Positions 1-10,663 of a stretch of 64,000 bases of DNA are shown here, in pieces; the first letter of the stretch is position 1, and each line of letters opens with the position of its first letter. The position numbers and the translations under genes are program-made. This stretch comes from an uncultured Gemmatimonadota bacterium (GTDB lineage Bacteria; JAAXHH01). Under the pieces are notes generated by a model. It was not told where the DNA came from and ran no database searches. It saw only the letters and a program-made list of their open reading frames with translations. The DNA lies in NCBI GenBank assembly GCA_951812955.1, contig OX638340.1:1088001-1152000 (forward strand), given 5' to 3'.

Positions 1-687
1 GATCACTGCGTGCTGTTCTTTCGAGGCCAGGAGATCAGTCAGGCGGATTTGGTCCGGTTCACCCGGTATTTCGGCAACCCGGTTCCCCATGTAAGGCCGC
101 AGCCGGATCGGCCGATCGAGGAGATCTTCGTCATCTCAAACGTGACCGAGGACGGCAAGCCCATCGGTGCGCTCGGCAGTGAAGGGATTCCTTTCCATTC
201 CGATTTGTCCTACCTGCCTGAGCCGGGGACTGTTTCGCTGCTGTACGCGCTGGAGATCCCCGACGAAGGGGGCGAAACGATGTGGGCCAACGGATACGCG
301 GCCTACGAGGCGCTGGACCCCGACATGCAGACCCGTATCAACGGTCTGAGCGCAGTCCATCGCCATCCTATCGACGCGCTGAATACGCCCGAACCTACCA
401 CGCATCCGGTCGTCCGAACCCATCCGGAAACGGGCCGCGAAGTGATCTACGTCAGCCCTCACCTGACCTATCGTATCACCGGTATGGAACGGGAGGTCGG
501 CCAGGCCCTGCTGGACGAATTGATCGCCCACGCTACTCACTCGCGATTCGTTTGGAAGCACATTTGGCAAGTAGGCGACCTGGTCATGTGGGACAACCGT
601 TGCACCATGCACCGCCGCACGCCGTTCGACGACCGACAGCGCCGGGTCATGTGGCGCACGCAGGTGTTCGGGGCGGGTACGGTATAG
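1..687 (+). CDS. TauD/TfdA-family alpha-ketoglutarate-dependent dioxygenase (5' partial, runs off window start)
   Basis: ORF 10..687 translation has HSD...H iron-binding pattern and C-terminal HRR typical of taurine dioxygenase family; reading frame is open from nt 1 so N-terminus is truncated by window edge. Confidence 0.75.
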   Translation, partial: DHCVLFFRGQEISQADLVRFTRYFGNPVPHVRPQPDRPIEEIFVISNVTEDGKPIGALGSEGIPFHSDLSYLPEPGTVSLLYALEIPDEGGETMWANGYAAYEALDPDMQTRINGLSAVHRHPIDALNTPEPTTHPVVRTHPETGREVIYVSPHLTYRITGMEREVGQALLDELIAHATHSRFVWKHIWQVGDLVMWDNRCTMHRRTPFDDRQRRVMWRTQVFGAGTV

Positions 688-850
688 ATGGCGAGGCATT
701 GCGCACAGGCCATATACGGCCTGCTGTCAGGCGGCCTGGATCGGCCGGGACTCGGCAGGTCGGCCGGGACGCGGCCCCGCCGGCCAGGCGGAACTTAGCC
801 GGCCCGGATCAGCCGGGACTCGGCCCGCAGAACGAACCGCATCACGTCCA

Positions 851-1702
851 CTAATGACTGAACGCCACCGGTTCGAACCCAAACCGGTCCTCTCCCTCGC
901 ACGAAATCCTGCCCGATGAGACGCTGGCATCATGATCCAGGACGATAATCCAGCCCTCGTCGGCCGCCTGCCGGAGGAGGCGCATCTTGGCTGTCATGGT
1001 GTCGTATGGGAACAGGTCGTAGGCCATGTTGTACGGGGCACGCAGGTGGGTCGTCATGGGCAGGATGTCACCTGAATATACCGCCCTGGTGTCGCCGGAT
1101 TCCACCTTCACCAGTTGATGGTACCGGGTATGGCCGCCGGTCACCTCCACCCGGATCCCCTCCTCGATCTCCGCATCGCCTTCCACCAGGGTCAGCACGC
1201 CAGCTTCCATGAGGGGCTGGTAGTTCTCGGTGCGATAGGTAGTCTTCATGGTACCGTAATCGTTCAGCGCGTCCTCCCATTCGCCCCTCTGAACTACGTA
1301 CTGCGCGTTGGGAAACGCAGGAACGACCCGGCCCTCCTCGTCCGTTCGAGTCGCGCCGCCCGCATGGTCGAAATGGAGGTGGCTCAGGATGACGAGATCG
1401 ATGTCTTCCGGGCATACGCCCCAGGCCGACAAAGACCCCAAGACGGTCGTACCCGACATCCCGTAGATGCCCCGGTCACGGTCGGTCATCTTGTCGCCGT
1501 AGCCCGTGTCTACCAGGATAAGCCGGCCGTCCTTCCTGATGAGGAGGCAGTTGGTGTCGTTGGTGATCCGGTTTTTCTCGTCGGGGGGACAGATCTTCTC
1601 CCAGAGCGGTTTCGGAACGATCCCGAACATGCTCCCGCCGTCCAGTTTGAACACGCCGCCGCTGACGACAGATAACTCCACTTCATGCTCCTTTTCTGAC
1701 AC
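851..1702 (-). CDS. MBL-fold metallo-hydrolase
   Basis: HLHFDHAGG (HxHxDH) zinc-binding motif, 283 aa. Confidence 0.8.
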   Translation of the reverse strand: MSEKEHEVELSVVSGGVFKLDGGSMFGIVPKPLWEKICPPDEKNRITNDTNCLLIRKDGRLILVDTGYGDKMTDRDRGIYGMSGTTVLGSLSAWGVCPEDIDLVILSHLHFDHAGGATRTDEEGRVVPAFPNAQYVVQRGEWEDALNDYGTMKTTYRTENYQPLMEAGVLTLVEGDAEIEEGIRVEVTGGHTRYHQLVKVESGDTRAVYSGDILPMTTHLRAPYNMAYDLFPYDTMTAKMRLLRQAADEGWIIVLDHDASVSSGRISCEGEDRFGFEPVAFSH

Positions 1703-1848
1703 GCTCGATTTTCAGGTTTTCTGACCCCACATTATAGCGACGGGCGGGAAGATTGTCATGGCAAATGTGCATTGAGGTTGTCCCCCGGTCAGGTTTTCCC
1801 TTTCTTTGAACCAGGGTGTGTAACGAAGACCAATAACCGGTACCTGTC

Positions 1849-2910
1849 ATGTCCCTCTACGAATACATTGCCGCGGCGCCCAAGGCGGAGCTGCATGTGC
1901 ACCTGGAAGGTTCCATCCAGCCTTCCACCTTCCTGATGCTGGCGAGACGCCACCGGGTCGACCTGCCGGCAGATACCGAGGAAGGATTGCGTAACTGGTA
2001 CCGGTTCAGGGACTTCCATCATTTCATCGAGGTGTATGTCGCGATAACACGCTGCCTGCGAACCGTCGAGGACTTCGAGCTGATCGTGTACGAATTCGGC
2101 GCCGACATGGCGCGGCAGAACATCCGGTACGCGGAGGTCACCTTTTCGCCGAGCACCCACCTATGGATCAATGGGGTCGACCAGGATGTGTGGTTCACGG
2201 GACTAACGGAAGGTCGCCGCCGGGTGAAAGCCTCTTTCGGCGTCGAGATCAACTGGGTGTTCGACCTGGTGCGCAACGACTATCCCGAGCGGGGGCGATT
2301 CGATTACACGACCGATGTCGCCATCGAGGGGATGGATGACGGGGTGATCGCCCTGGGCCTGGGCGGCATGGAGGAAGGCTACCCTCCCGGACCGTTCGAG
2401 CCGTGGTTCGACCGGGCCAGGACAGCCGGCCTGCGCAGCGCGCCTCACGCGGGAGAGCACGTTGGCCCCGAGAGCATCTGGAGCGCGATTGAAGACCTGG
2501 GCGCCGAACGCATCGGCCACGGCGTCCGGGCCATCGAGGATCCAAAGCTGGTTTCCTACCTGGCGGAACATCGCATTCCGCTCGAAATAAGCCCCACGAG
2601 CAACATTTGCCTTGGTCTCTATCCCGATGCAGCTTCCCATCCCATGAAAGCACTCCACGAAGCGGGGGTAATCGTCACCGCCAATTCGGACGATCCTCCG
2701 CTGTTCAATACCACACTGACCGAGGAACTGGCGCTACTGGCCGACCCCTGGGGATTTTCCAGGGAAACCATCGACGAGATCCTGCTGAACGGGGTGCGCT
2801 ACAGCTTTCTGCCGGAGGACAGGAAACGGTCCATGGAAGCATATTTCCAGGAAGAGATGGGGGTGCTGCGTGAAGAGATGCGCGATCCGCGGGACCAGCC
2901 TGGCACCTGA
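1849..2910 (+). CDS. adenosine/AMP deaminase family protein
   Basis: HVHLEGS metal-binding motif near N-term, TANSDDPPLF near C-term, 353 aa. Confidence 0.8.
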   Translation: MSLYEYIAAAPKAELHVHLEGSIQPSTFLMLARRHRVDLPADTEEGLRNWYRFRDFHHFIEVYVAITRCLRTVEDFELIVYEFGADMARQNIRYAEVTFSPSTHLWINGVDQDVWFTGLTEGRRRVKASFGVEINWVFDLVRNDYPERGRFDYTTDVAIEGMDDGVIALGLGGMEEGYPPGPFEPWFDRARTAGLRSAPHAGEHVGPESIWSAIEDLGAERIGHGVRAIEDPKLVSYLAEHRIPLEISPTSNICLGLYPDAASHPMKALHEAGVIVTANSDDPPLFNTTLTEELALLADPWGFSRETIDEILLNGVRYSFLPEDRKRSMEAYFQEEMGVLREEMRDPRDQPGT

Positions 2911-2945
2911 CCAACCTGGCGCGTGACCAATCTGGCACCTGACCA
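2898..2945. repeat. 3 tandem degenerate 16-bp repeats (cctggcacctgaccaa) overlapping deaminase stop, in convergent spacer
   Basis: read directly: cctggcacctgaccaa / cctggcgcgtgaccaa / tctggcacctgaccag. Confidence 0.85.
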
Positions 2946-2971
2946 GACGACCAGACCATCAAATCAGATCG

Positions 2972-3982
2972 TCAGACCAGGTGGCACGCCGCCCTGTGGC
3001 CATTACCCTTGTCTTCCAGCGCGGGGACTTCGGTCTTGCATCGGGCTTCCGCCAGGGGGCACCGGGGATGGAAGGGACACCCCGGGGGAAGGTCGGCCGG
3101 GTTGGGCACGTCGCCCTTGAGGATGGTCCGGTCGCGTTCCAGCGTAGGGTCGGGCAGGGGCACGGCCGAGAGCAGGGCCGTGGTGTAAGGGTGAAGCGGC
3201 TTCGCGTAGAGCTGATCTCTTGTGGCCGTTTCCACGATTTTGCCGAGATACATGACGGCCACCCGGTCGCTGATATGCCGCACCACGCGAAGGTCGTGGG
3301 AAATGAAAAGATAGCTCAGTCGGAACCGTTCCTGCAGCACCTTGAGCAGGTTGATGATCTGTGCCTGGATCGATACGTCCAGCGCCGAGACCGGCTCGTC
3401 GGCAATGATCAGTTCAGGCTGGACGGCCAGGGCACGGGCAATGCCGATGCGTTGTCGCTGGCCGCCGCTGAACTCATGGGGATACCGGCGTACGTGCGCG
3501 GGATTCAGGCCCACCGTTTCGAGCAGGTCGGCCACGCGGTCTCCCGCTTCTCCCCGCGTACTCAATCCATGAACGGTAAGCGGTTCCCGGAGCAGGGAAC
3601 CCACGGTCATGCGGGGGTTGAGGGAGCCGTAGGGATCCTGGAATACGATCTGCATCTGGCGGCGGAGCCGCCGGAGATCGCCCTTCTTCATGGAGAAAAC
3701 TTCGTGCGGCCTTCGTTCCTGACCGTCCTCGAGTGCGGTATGGAAGGTGGCGGTTCCCGCGGACGGATCGATCAGGCGCATGATTGCCCGCCCTATCGTG
3801 GTCTTGCCGCACCCGCTTTCACCCACCAGGCCCAGCGTTTCGCCTCGCTGAAGCGAAAGATCTACGCCGTCTACGGCCTTGATCACCGTCCGGCGACGCC
3901 GCAGCAGTCCGCCTCCTACGGGGAAGTGTTTCTTCAGACCCTGTACCTCTAACAACAATTCAGTCGATTCCGTCATTTCCAC
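2972..3982 (-). CDS. ABC transporter ATP-binding protein (OppF/DppF-like)
   Basis: Walker [13 protein letters not shown] signature LSGGQRQR, C-terminal oligopeptide/dipeptide ATPase extension; likely GTG start. Confidence 0.85.
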   Translation of the reverse strand: MEMTESTELLLEVQGLKKHFPVGGGLLRRRRTVIKAVDGVDLSLQRGETLGLVGESGCGKTTIGRAIMRLIDPSAGTATFHTALEDGQERRPHEVFSMKKGDLRRLRRQMQIVFQDPYGSLNPRMTVGSLLREPLTVHGLSTRGEAGDRVADLLETVGLNPAHVRRYPHEFSGGQRQRIGIARALAVQPELIIADEPVSALDVSIQAQIINLLKVLQERFRLSYLFISHDLRVVRHISDRVAVMYLGKIVETATRDQLYAKPLHPYTTALLSAVPLPDPTLERDRTILKGDVPNPADLPPGCPFHPRCPLAEARCKTEVPALEDKGNGHRAACHLV

Positions 3983-4027
3983 ACTCCGTCATTTTCCCCA
4001 CTCGGTCACTTTTCCCACTCGGTCAGG
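3969..4027. repeat. 3-4 tandem degenerate 17-bp repeats (tccgtcattttcccac) in spacer between the two ABC ATPase genes
   Basis: read directly. Confidence 0.8.
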
Positions 4028-5012
4028 CCATATCCTTCTGCGAAACCCGCTGCCATTCGCCGCAGCGGACCACGTGGTGGCCTTCCACATCCAGCAACGC
4101 CTGCGGCCGATCGCAGACTTCCGCCGCGAAATCGCAGCGCGGCGCGAATCGGCATCCGGCAGGAAAGCGCACGGGGTCGGGTACCGTGCCCTCGATGGTC
4201 AAAAGTTCCTCGGTACTCGAACTCATGGTCGGCACGGACGCGAGCAACCCGCGGGTGTAGGGATGGCGGGGACTGCCGAATAACGTTTTGACGTCGGCCT
4301 GTTCCACGACCTGGCCCGCGTACATGACCAGTACCTCGTGCGCCATCTCGGCCACGATGCCCAGGTCATGGGTAATCAGCATCAGTCCCATGCCCAGTTC
4401 TTCCTGCAGACGGCGCAGCACATCGAGAATCTGTGCCTGAATCGTTACGTCCAATGCCGTCGTCGGTTCGTCGGCGATCAACAGCTTGGGATCGCAGGAG
4501 ATGGCCATGGCGATCATCGCGCGCTGGCGCATGCCACCGCTGAGTTCATGGGGATAGCTTCCGGCCCGTTCTTCCGGCAGTGGGATGTCGACCAGGTCCA
4601 ACAGCTCTACCGCCCGCCGCCAGGCCTCCTTCCGGTCCGCGCCCCGGTGAAGGCGGATAGCTTCGGCGATCTGTTCGCCGACAGTGAATACCGGGTTGAG
4701 GGAGGTCATCGGTTCCTGGAAGATCATGGCGATGTCGTTGCCCCGAATGTCCCGGATCTGGCGTGACGTGAGTTGCAGCAGGTCCCTGTCCTCGAAAAAC
4801 ACCTCGCCACCGGCGATGCGGCCGGGAGGTTGCGGGATCAAGCCCAGGATTGAATAAGCGGTCATGCTTTTGCCACATCCGGACTCTCCCACGATACCCA
4901 GCGTCTTGCCGGTCTCAACCTCGAAACTGACGCCGTCGACGGCCCGTACCACGCCGCTCTCGGTGTCGAAGTAAGTCTTCAGGTCGCAGACGCGCAGGAT
5001 TGTATTCGGCAT
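4023..5012 (-). CDS. ABC transporter ATP-binding protein (OppD/DppD-like)
   Basis: Walker A GESGCGKS, signature LSGGMRQR, 329 aa. Confidence 0.85.
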   Translation of the reverse strand: MPNTILRVCDLKTYFDTESGVVRAVDGVSFEVETGKTLGIVGESGCGKSMTAYSILGLIPQPPGRIAGGEVFFEDRDLLQLTSRQIRDIRGNDIAMIFQEPMTSLNPVFTVGEQIAEAIRLHRGADRKEAWRRAVELLDLVDIPLPEERAGSYPHELSGGMRQRAMIAMAISCDPKLLIADEPTTALDVTIQAQILDVLRRLQEELGMGLMLITHDLGIVAEMAHEVLVMYAGQVVEQADVKTLFGSPRHPYTRGLLASVPTMSSSTEELLTIEGTVPDPVRFPAGCRFAPRCDFAAEVCDRPQALLDVEGHHVVRCGEWQRVSQKDMA

Positions 5013-5019
5013 GCTACTC

Positions 5020-6102
5020 CTATGCGGCTTCGCGCTGCCTCGGGTCGAGGGCGTCGCGCAGTCCGTCTCCCAACAGGTTGTACAGGGTTACCGTGATGAA
5101 AATGGCGAATCCGGGCACGATCACCAGCCACCAGGCCGCGACATTGCTTCTTGCGCCGGCCAGCAGCGAGCCCCATGTGATGGCCTCGGCGGGTACGCCG
5201 ATGCCCAGGAAGCTCAATCCCGATTCGGCCAGGATGGCGCCGGCCACGCCGAACGCCGCGGGAATCAGCACGGGCGCGATGGCGTTGGGCAGGACGTGTA
5301 CCGCCATGATGCGCATGTTCGAACAGCCCAGGGCCCGTGCGGCCGCGATGTAGTCGAAGGCCCGGATCTGGAGGAACTGGGACCGGGTCAGCCGGGCGAT
5401 ACCCACCCATCCCGTGAATCCGATGATGATCATGATCCAGAAGAGACTCGGCGGGAAGAAGGCCGCCGCGGTGATAATCAGGAAGAAGGGAGGTATCGCC
5501 GCCCAGAGTTCGAACACCCGGGACAGAAACAGATCCGTCCATCCGCCGAGGAATCCCGCCAGCGCGCCGAGTCCCACGCCGATGAGCAGGGAAATGCCCA
5601 CCGAAACCAGCCCGATGGTCAGCGAGTACCGCGTGCCGTGAATAAGTCCGGACAGCACGTCACGGCCAAGACGGTCCGTGCCAAAGAGATGGGCGCCTCC
5701 CGGCCGTTCGTAGCGTTCGCCGAGCTGGATCTCGTCCGGCGCGTAGGGGATGATGGGAAACACCGCGTCGCTGTAGGCGTACCGCTTGAAGTTCTTCCGC
5801 GTCCGCAACTCCTCCGGCCAGTCCATCAGCCCGGTATACACCGCGTACTGGCGAAACGCAGGGAAGTAGGTTTCTCCCTCGTACACCATATAATACGGCT
5901 TGTTGCCGGCGACCAGGTCGGCAGAAAGCGCGACTATGGCCATGACAGCAAGGACATAGAGACTGTACAGCGCCGGACGGTTCTTGCGGAACTCCTTGCG
6001 CGTCAACCGCCAGAAGCTCTCGCCGCCTTCATTCATCACCGCATCGAAGGGCATGCCGTTCTCCGCCGTTTTTTCATTTCTGGTGTCCGGATTCGATCCC
6101 AC
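5020..6102 (-). CDS. ABC transporter permease (OppC/DppC-like)
   Basis: multi-TM, conserved permease EAA-like region [20 protein letters not shown]. Confidence 0.8.
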   Translation of the reverse strand: MGSNPDTRNEKTAENGMPFDAVMNEGGESFWRLTRKEFRKNRPALYSLYVLAVMAIVALSADLVAGNKPYYMVYEGETYFPAFRQYAVYTGLMDWPEELRTRKNFKRYAYSDAVFPIIPYAPDEIQLGERYERPGGAHLFGTDRLGRDVLSGLIHGTRYSLTIGLVSVGISLLIGVGLGALAGFLGGWTDLFLSRVFELWAAIPPFFLIITAAAFFPPSLFWIMIIIGFTGWVGIARLTRSQFLQIRAFDYIAAARALGCSNMRIMAVHVLPNAIAPVLIPAAFGVAGAILAESGLSFLGIGVPAEAITWGSLLAGARSNVAAWWLVIVPGFAIFITVTLYNLLGDGLRDALDPRQREAA

Positions 6103-6112
6103 TGCCTATCTC

Positions 6113-7414
6113 CTAACCCTGCAACTGGTCGAAAGTGATTCTTGGATCGACTACTTTGAGCAGTATGTCCGCCACCAGGATGCCCAGGAGCGAAAGCAGG
6201 GAGCCGATGGTGAAAATCGCCATGACCATGGGATAGTCCCTGTTCAGCACCGACTCGAATCCGAGCAGTCCCATACCGGGTATGGTGAATATCGTTTCGA
6301 TGAACACGGACCCCGCGATCAAGGCCGGTAGCAACCCGGCGGACGTGGTCACGATCGGTATCAGGGAATTGCGGTACACGTGGCGCAGGATGACGACTTT
6401 TTCCGAAAGTCCCTTTGCCCGGGCGGTCCGCACGTAGTCCTGACGCAGGTTCTCCAGCATGCTTGTCCGCATGAATCGCGAAATCGTCGCGAAACTGATA
6501 TAGGCAGAGGCCAGCACGGGCAGAAACATGTGGTACATGTGATCCGTGAGGATTCGCCAGGTACTCCAGTCGCCGGAGGCTTCGAGCGACTGTATGCCCG
6601 ATGCCGGAAACCAGTAGAAGAACTCCCGGTTGCATAGGAATATGATCAGCAGCATGCCCACCCAGAAAGAGGGCATGGACCAGAGGACGAAAGTACCGGT
6701 CGTCAGTGCCCTGTCCGTGAGGGTATTTTGCTTGACCGCGAGCCAGACACCGAGGGGCAGGCCGACCAGGTAAGCGATGATGATGGCAATGATGTTGATC
6801 TCGAGGGTGACGGGCAGCCGCTCCATGATCCGGCCGATGACGGGCTGGTTGTCCTTGAAGGAACGGCCGAAATCCAGCGTGACGAAACGGTATCCAGCGA
6901 GTTTTGCGAGTTCGATACCCGCGCCCCTGTAGGTGTAGTTGCCCTCGGCGCTGAAGGTCCTACCTTCCCAGAAAGAAGATTGCTCCAACTCGCTTGACTC
7001 CGCTGGCGCCAAATCCCGCACAAGAACAAGGAACCGTTCTTTCTGGTCCGCTCTGTCCAGTCCAGCCAGCGCCCGGCGTTCCGACGCCTCGAGCCGTTCC
7101 AGCAACCCGTCCGCCCGCATTGCGCTTCGGTCGAAGGCGCTGATGGATTCGACTTTCAGGAAAAGCGAAGTGACCCAGTTGAAGTACTGTACGTGGACAG
7201 GCTGGTCCAGGCCCAGTTGCCTGCGCAGTTCCTGCCGTGTCTTCTCGATATCCTGCTGGCGGTCGGAAGCGAGTCCCTCGCCGCCGGCCACGCCGCCGAG
7301 GAACAGGTCCACGGGATCGCCAGGGGCGAGGTGCATAATGAAGAAGGATATCACCGTGATCCCGACTAGCGTGGGGACCATGAGCAGTGAGCGTTGAAGG
7401 ATGTAACCGAGCAT
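6113..7414 (-). CDS. ABC transporter permease (OppB/DppB-like) with enlarged periplasmic loop
   Basis: N-terminal ILQRSLLMVPTLVGITVISF and C-terminal permease core; 433 aa is about 120 aa longer than typical due to an inserted hydrophilic loop. Confidence 0.8.
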   Translation of the reverse strand: MLGYILQRSLLMVPTLVGITVISFFIMHLAPGDPVDLFLGGVAGGEGLASDRQQDIEKTRQELRRQLGLDQPVHVQYFNWVTSLFLKVESISAFDRSAMRADGLLERLEASERRALAGLDRADQKERFLVLVRDLAPAESSELEQSSFWEGRTFSAEGNYTYRGAGIELAKLAGYRFVTLDFGRSFKDNQPVIGRIMERLPVTLEINIIAIIIAYLVGLPLGVWLAVKQNTLTDRALTTGTFVLWSMPSFWVGMLLIIFLCNREFFYWFPASGIQSLEASGDWSTWRILTDHMYHMFLPVLASAYISFATISRFMRTSMLENLRQDYVRTARAKGLSEKVVILRHVYRNSLIPIVTTSAGLLPALIAGSVFIETIFTIPGMGLLGFESVLNRDYPMVMAIFTIGSLLSLLGILVADILLKVVDPRITFDQLQG

Positions 7415-7490
7415 AGGTGCCTATGATCCTGGTCTGGATCATGGTCGGTTGCGCGTCATCACGGGTGCGGACAGGTGCTGGAACGTGCGA

Positions 7491-9350
7491 TTACTGATAC
7501 ATCCGGTCGGTGGGCTCTACCCACCATTCCTGGTTCACGGCGCCGGCCGGATACCAGTTTACGCCATGAAAGCGCCGGCTGTACGCACTGACGACGCGCG
7601 ATTTCCATAGAAAGGTATAGGGTTGTTCCTCGTGGAGGATCTCCTGGAAACGCCGATATAATTCAATCCGCCGGTCCATGTCGAAATCCGTCCGGTAGAC
7701 TTCGAGGATCCCATCGGATTCCTCGTTCCTGAAACTGACGAAGTTCGATCCATTCCCTTCGATCTGCGACGAATGCCAGATCTGGTAGGCATCCGGCGGG
7801 AAACGCAGACCCGTTCCGCCGCTCCAACCGAGCGTCACGGCAGCGAAATCCTTGTCCTTCACCCTTTCAAGGAATATGGACCAGTCCAATTCGCGGACCT
7901 GGCAATCGATGCCGAGGTCTTCCAGGGCGCTCTGAAGCGTCAGCGCGATGTCCTTCCTGAGCTGGTTTCCCGAATTGACGAGGAACTCGAAACGGAAGGG
8001 AATCCTTTCGCCGTCGATCTCCTTGTCGAGAATCCCGTCTTTGTCCGAATCCGACCATCCTGCCTCGTTCAGGAGAGACAGGGCCAGGTCCGGGTCGAAA
8101 GCGTAGGCTTGCAGGTCGTGATTGTATTCGGGCCGGAACTTGTGAATAGGACTTTCGACCGGCTCCGCGAGTCCAAAAAGCAGGTTGCGCACCATGGATT
8201 CGCGATCTGTAAGATGGGTCATCGCCTGTCTGACCCGCCGGTCCCGGAATATGGGATGGTCGTTGTTCCACCCGATATACGTGTAGCCGCCCGCGTACTG
8301 AATGCCCTTCATGAATCGGTCTGTGAAGCCGGGGGACCAGCTCTTCTCCTTGAACTCGAGGGGCTTCATCCCGTGGAGATCGAGGTTGCCGTTGGTCAGT
8401 TCGATGAAGGCGGCGTCCTGGTTGTTTATAATCTTGAAGACTACCTTGTCCACGTTTCCGGCGGGGGGGAGCCCGTCCACTTCCCGGCCCCAGTAGTTCT
8501 CGTTACGACTGAGTACCACCCGCTGTCCGGTGAGCACGTCATTCTCCCAGTCCGCCACGCCGTAGGGCCCCGAACCAAGCATGCGCCGGTTGAAGTCCTG
8601 GTTGAACCGTTCGCCGAATTGCCGTACCCGGTCCGCGTGTTCACCCGCTTCCCAGCTTCCGTCGATGAGGGTCCCGATCGGCACCGGATCCAGCAGGCCG
8701 TCCGGATCATAGAAGTGACGCGGAAGGATATCGAAGCTGCCGAGGAAGAGATCGTTCAGGATGTAGGGTTCCCTGCATTCGAAACTGATCTCGTAATCGC
8801 CCAGCTTCCTGACGTTGACGATCGACGCATAATAGTTACGGAGGTGAGGCGCCCGCACGGTCGGGGTCAGGATGGTCTTGATGCTGAAGAGCACGTCATC
8901 CGCCGTCAGGTGAACGCCGTCCGCAAAATGGACGTTCTCGCGCAGACGGAAGGTATAGGTGAGCTTGTCTTCCGATACGGTCGGATAGTCGACCGCGATA
9001 TATCCACGCTGGGTGTAGGGCGGATCGTAGTCCGGCTCCAGCAGGGATTCGAAGACGTAGGTGTGAACCTGCGTGGCGCCCTGGTCGCTCGACGTGTAAG
9101 GATTGAAGTTTTCGGGATCGGACAGTGCGTGGCGTACCATCCAGTCGCCGAACTCCGGTTCGTCCGTCCCTGCGTATTTCAGCTCCGCCTTCTCCGTTCC
9201 GTCCAGCACGACGATATCCCTCGATTCAGACAGGATCGCCTGAACCTTGTTCCAGGGATCTTCCGTCGTTTCGCCGCCGCCGCAGGCGAACTGCATGGCG
9301 AATAAACAAACCGCAACGGCCTTTGCCGCTGTACCCATAATCTTACGCAT
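7491..9350 (-). CDS. ABC transporter substrate-binding protein, family 5 (peptide/opine/nickel type), lipoprotein
   Basis: family-5 SBP architecture; start chosen at MRKIMG (ATG 9350) because GGAGG lies 9 nt upstream; signal peptide with lipobox-like FACGGG. Confidence 0.8.
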   Translation of the reverse strand: MRKIMGTAAKAVAVCLFAMQFACGGGETTEDPWNKVQAILSESRDIVVLDGTEKAELKYAGTDEPEFGDWMVRHALSDPENFNPYTSSDQGATQVHTYVFESLLEPDYDPPYTQRGYIAVDYPTVSEDKLTYTFRLRENVHFADGVHLTADDVLFSIKTILTPTVRAPHLRNYYASIVNVRKLGDYEISFECREPYILNDLFLGSFDILPRHFYDPDGLLDPVPIGTLIDGSWEAGEHADRVRQFGERFNQDFNRRMLGSGPYGVADWENDVLTGQRVVLSRNENYWGREVDGLPPAGNVDKVVFKIINNQDAAFIELTNGNLDLHGMKPLEFKEKSWSPGFTDRFMKGIQYAGGYTYIGWNNDHPIFRDRRVRQAMTHLTDRESMVRNLLFGLAEPVESPIHKFRPEYNHDLQAYAFDPDLALSLLNEAGWSDSDKDGILDKEIDGERIPFRFEFLVNSGNQLRKDIALTLQSALEDLGIDCQVRELDWSIFLERVKDKDFAAVTLGWSGGTGLRFPPDAYQIWHSSQIEGNGSNFVSFRNEESDGILEVYRTDFDMDRRIELYRRFQEILHEEQPYTFLWKSRVVSAYSRRFHGVNWYPAGAVNQEWWVEPTDRMYQ

Positions 9351-9421
9351 TTCGTCGTACCTCCAAGCGCTTCCAGTGCGCCATGAATTGTCCACTCACA
9401 GTCCGGTGAACTTCCGCTGGA

Positions 9422-10411
9422 CTACCTTCCCAGGCCCTTTTCCTCGAAATCCACCACGATCTTGATACATTCTCCCTTGCGTTTCGTGGCCATTTCGAAG
9501 CCTTCCTGGACCCTGGCGAAGGGCAGTTTATGAGAGATCATTGGCGAAACGTCGACGCGGCCCTCGCCAATCATGCGCATGGCGCTGGCAAAGTCGATAT
9601 GTATATCCGGTCCCACGGAAGTCGTCAGTTGCAGGTTCTTTCGAAAAAGTTCCATCATATCGACCGTGTACCGCGATGTCTTGGGCACGCCGAAGTTGAT
9701 GAACCGGGCATCCTGCCTGGCCAGTTGGACGCACAGGTTGAAGGTCTCCTCTATGCCCACGACTTCGATCACCGCGTCTGCCATACGCCCATCGGTGATC
9801 TCGTTCACGGCCTCCACCGGATCGGTACTCGCCGTGTTCACGGTGTGGGTCGCCCCCATCTCCTTCGCGGCGGCAAGCCGGTTGTCGTGCTGGTCTATAC
9901 CGATGATCAGTGCCGCGCCGAGGTTCCGCATCATGGCCGTGAAGAGCAGACCCATGGGACCCTGGCCGACTATTGCGACCTCCGCGTTGAACCAGTGGCC
10001 CAGTTTACGCAGGCAATATATCACGGTACCCAGGGGCTGGGCCATAAGCGACTGCTCCTGGGCCACACCTTCCGGCAGGGGGGTCACGGACGCGCCGAAT
10101 CCAAGGAAATACTCGGCCATGGCGCTCGAGCCGGAAGGCAGGGCCAGGACGAGGTCGCCTTCCCGGCATCCACGCGCCCACGATTTCTCGATGACGCCTA
10201 TACTCTCATGCAGGGATACGCCCGGGGTCGCGGGATAGTTTGCCGGGCCCGTAAACAACGGATGGTCGCTACCGCAAATGGCGGCGTTTACGGTTCGCAC
10301 GAGCACCATGTCCTTGAGCGCGTCCGGATTGGTGCGTTCCAGCGCGAGGTCCGGCCGTTCCGCTTCCACGATTTCGATGCGTTCCTGAGCGACCACCTGT
10401 CCCGCTTTCAT
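9422..10411 (-). CDS. Zn-dependent alcohol/polyol dehydrogenase (MDR family)
   Basis: CGSDH zinc-ligand motif, GQGPMGL Rossmann motif, 329 aa; embedded between two SBP genes. Confidence 0.8.
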   Translation of the reverse strand: MKAGQVVAQERIEIVEAERPDLALERTNPDALKDMVLVRTVNAAICGSDHPLFTGPANYPATPGVSLHESIGVIEKSWARGCREGDLVLALPSGSSAMAEYFLGFGASVTPLPEGVAQEQSLMAQPLGTVIYCLRKLGHWFNAEVAIVGQGPMGLLFTAMMRNLGAALIIGIDQHDNRLAAAKEMGATHTVNTASTDPVEAVNEITDGRMADAVIEVVGIEETFNLCVQLARQDARFINFGVPKTSRYTVDMMELFRKNLQLTTSVGPDIHIDFASAMRMIGEGRVDVSPMISHKLPFARVQEGFEMATKRKGECIKIVVDFEEKGLGR

Positions 10412-10427
10412 CGAATGTCCTTTCTGT

Positions 10428-10471
10428 CAACCGATTTGGCAAATCTCTGTCAACTGGTACGATAAATCCGG
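10428..10471. repeat. 2 tandem degenerate ~22-bp repeats (ctgtcaaccgatttggcaaat / ctgtcaactggtacgataaat) in 252-bp intra-operon spacer
   Basis: read directly. Confidence 0.6.
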
Positions 10472-10663
10472 GCGGCAGACGGGTGTGACCGCGTATGGTG
10501 CTTCCCGAACGATACCGAATTTCGTGATGGTGACGAAGAATCGGACCGGGCCGGGTGCGACCCGTCCACCCCCTGGATCCCTGGACCCGACGCATCTCCC
10601 TGAATGTACCCACACCTCGGGTATTGTCAAACCGAAATGGTCTCGGCGGCAGGGCCTGTGCCA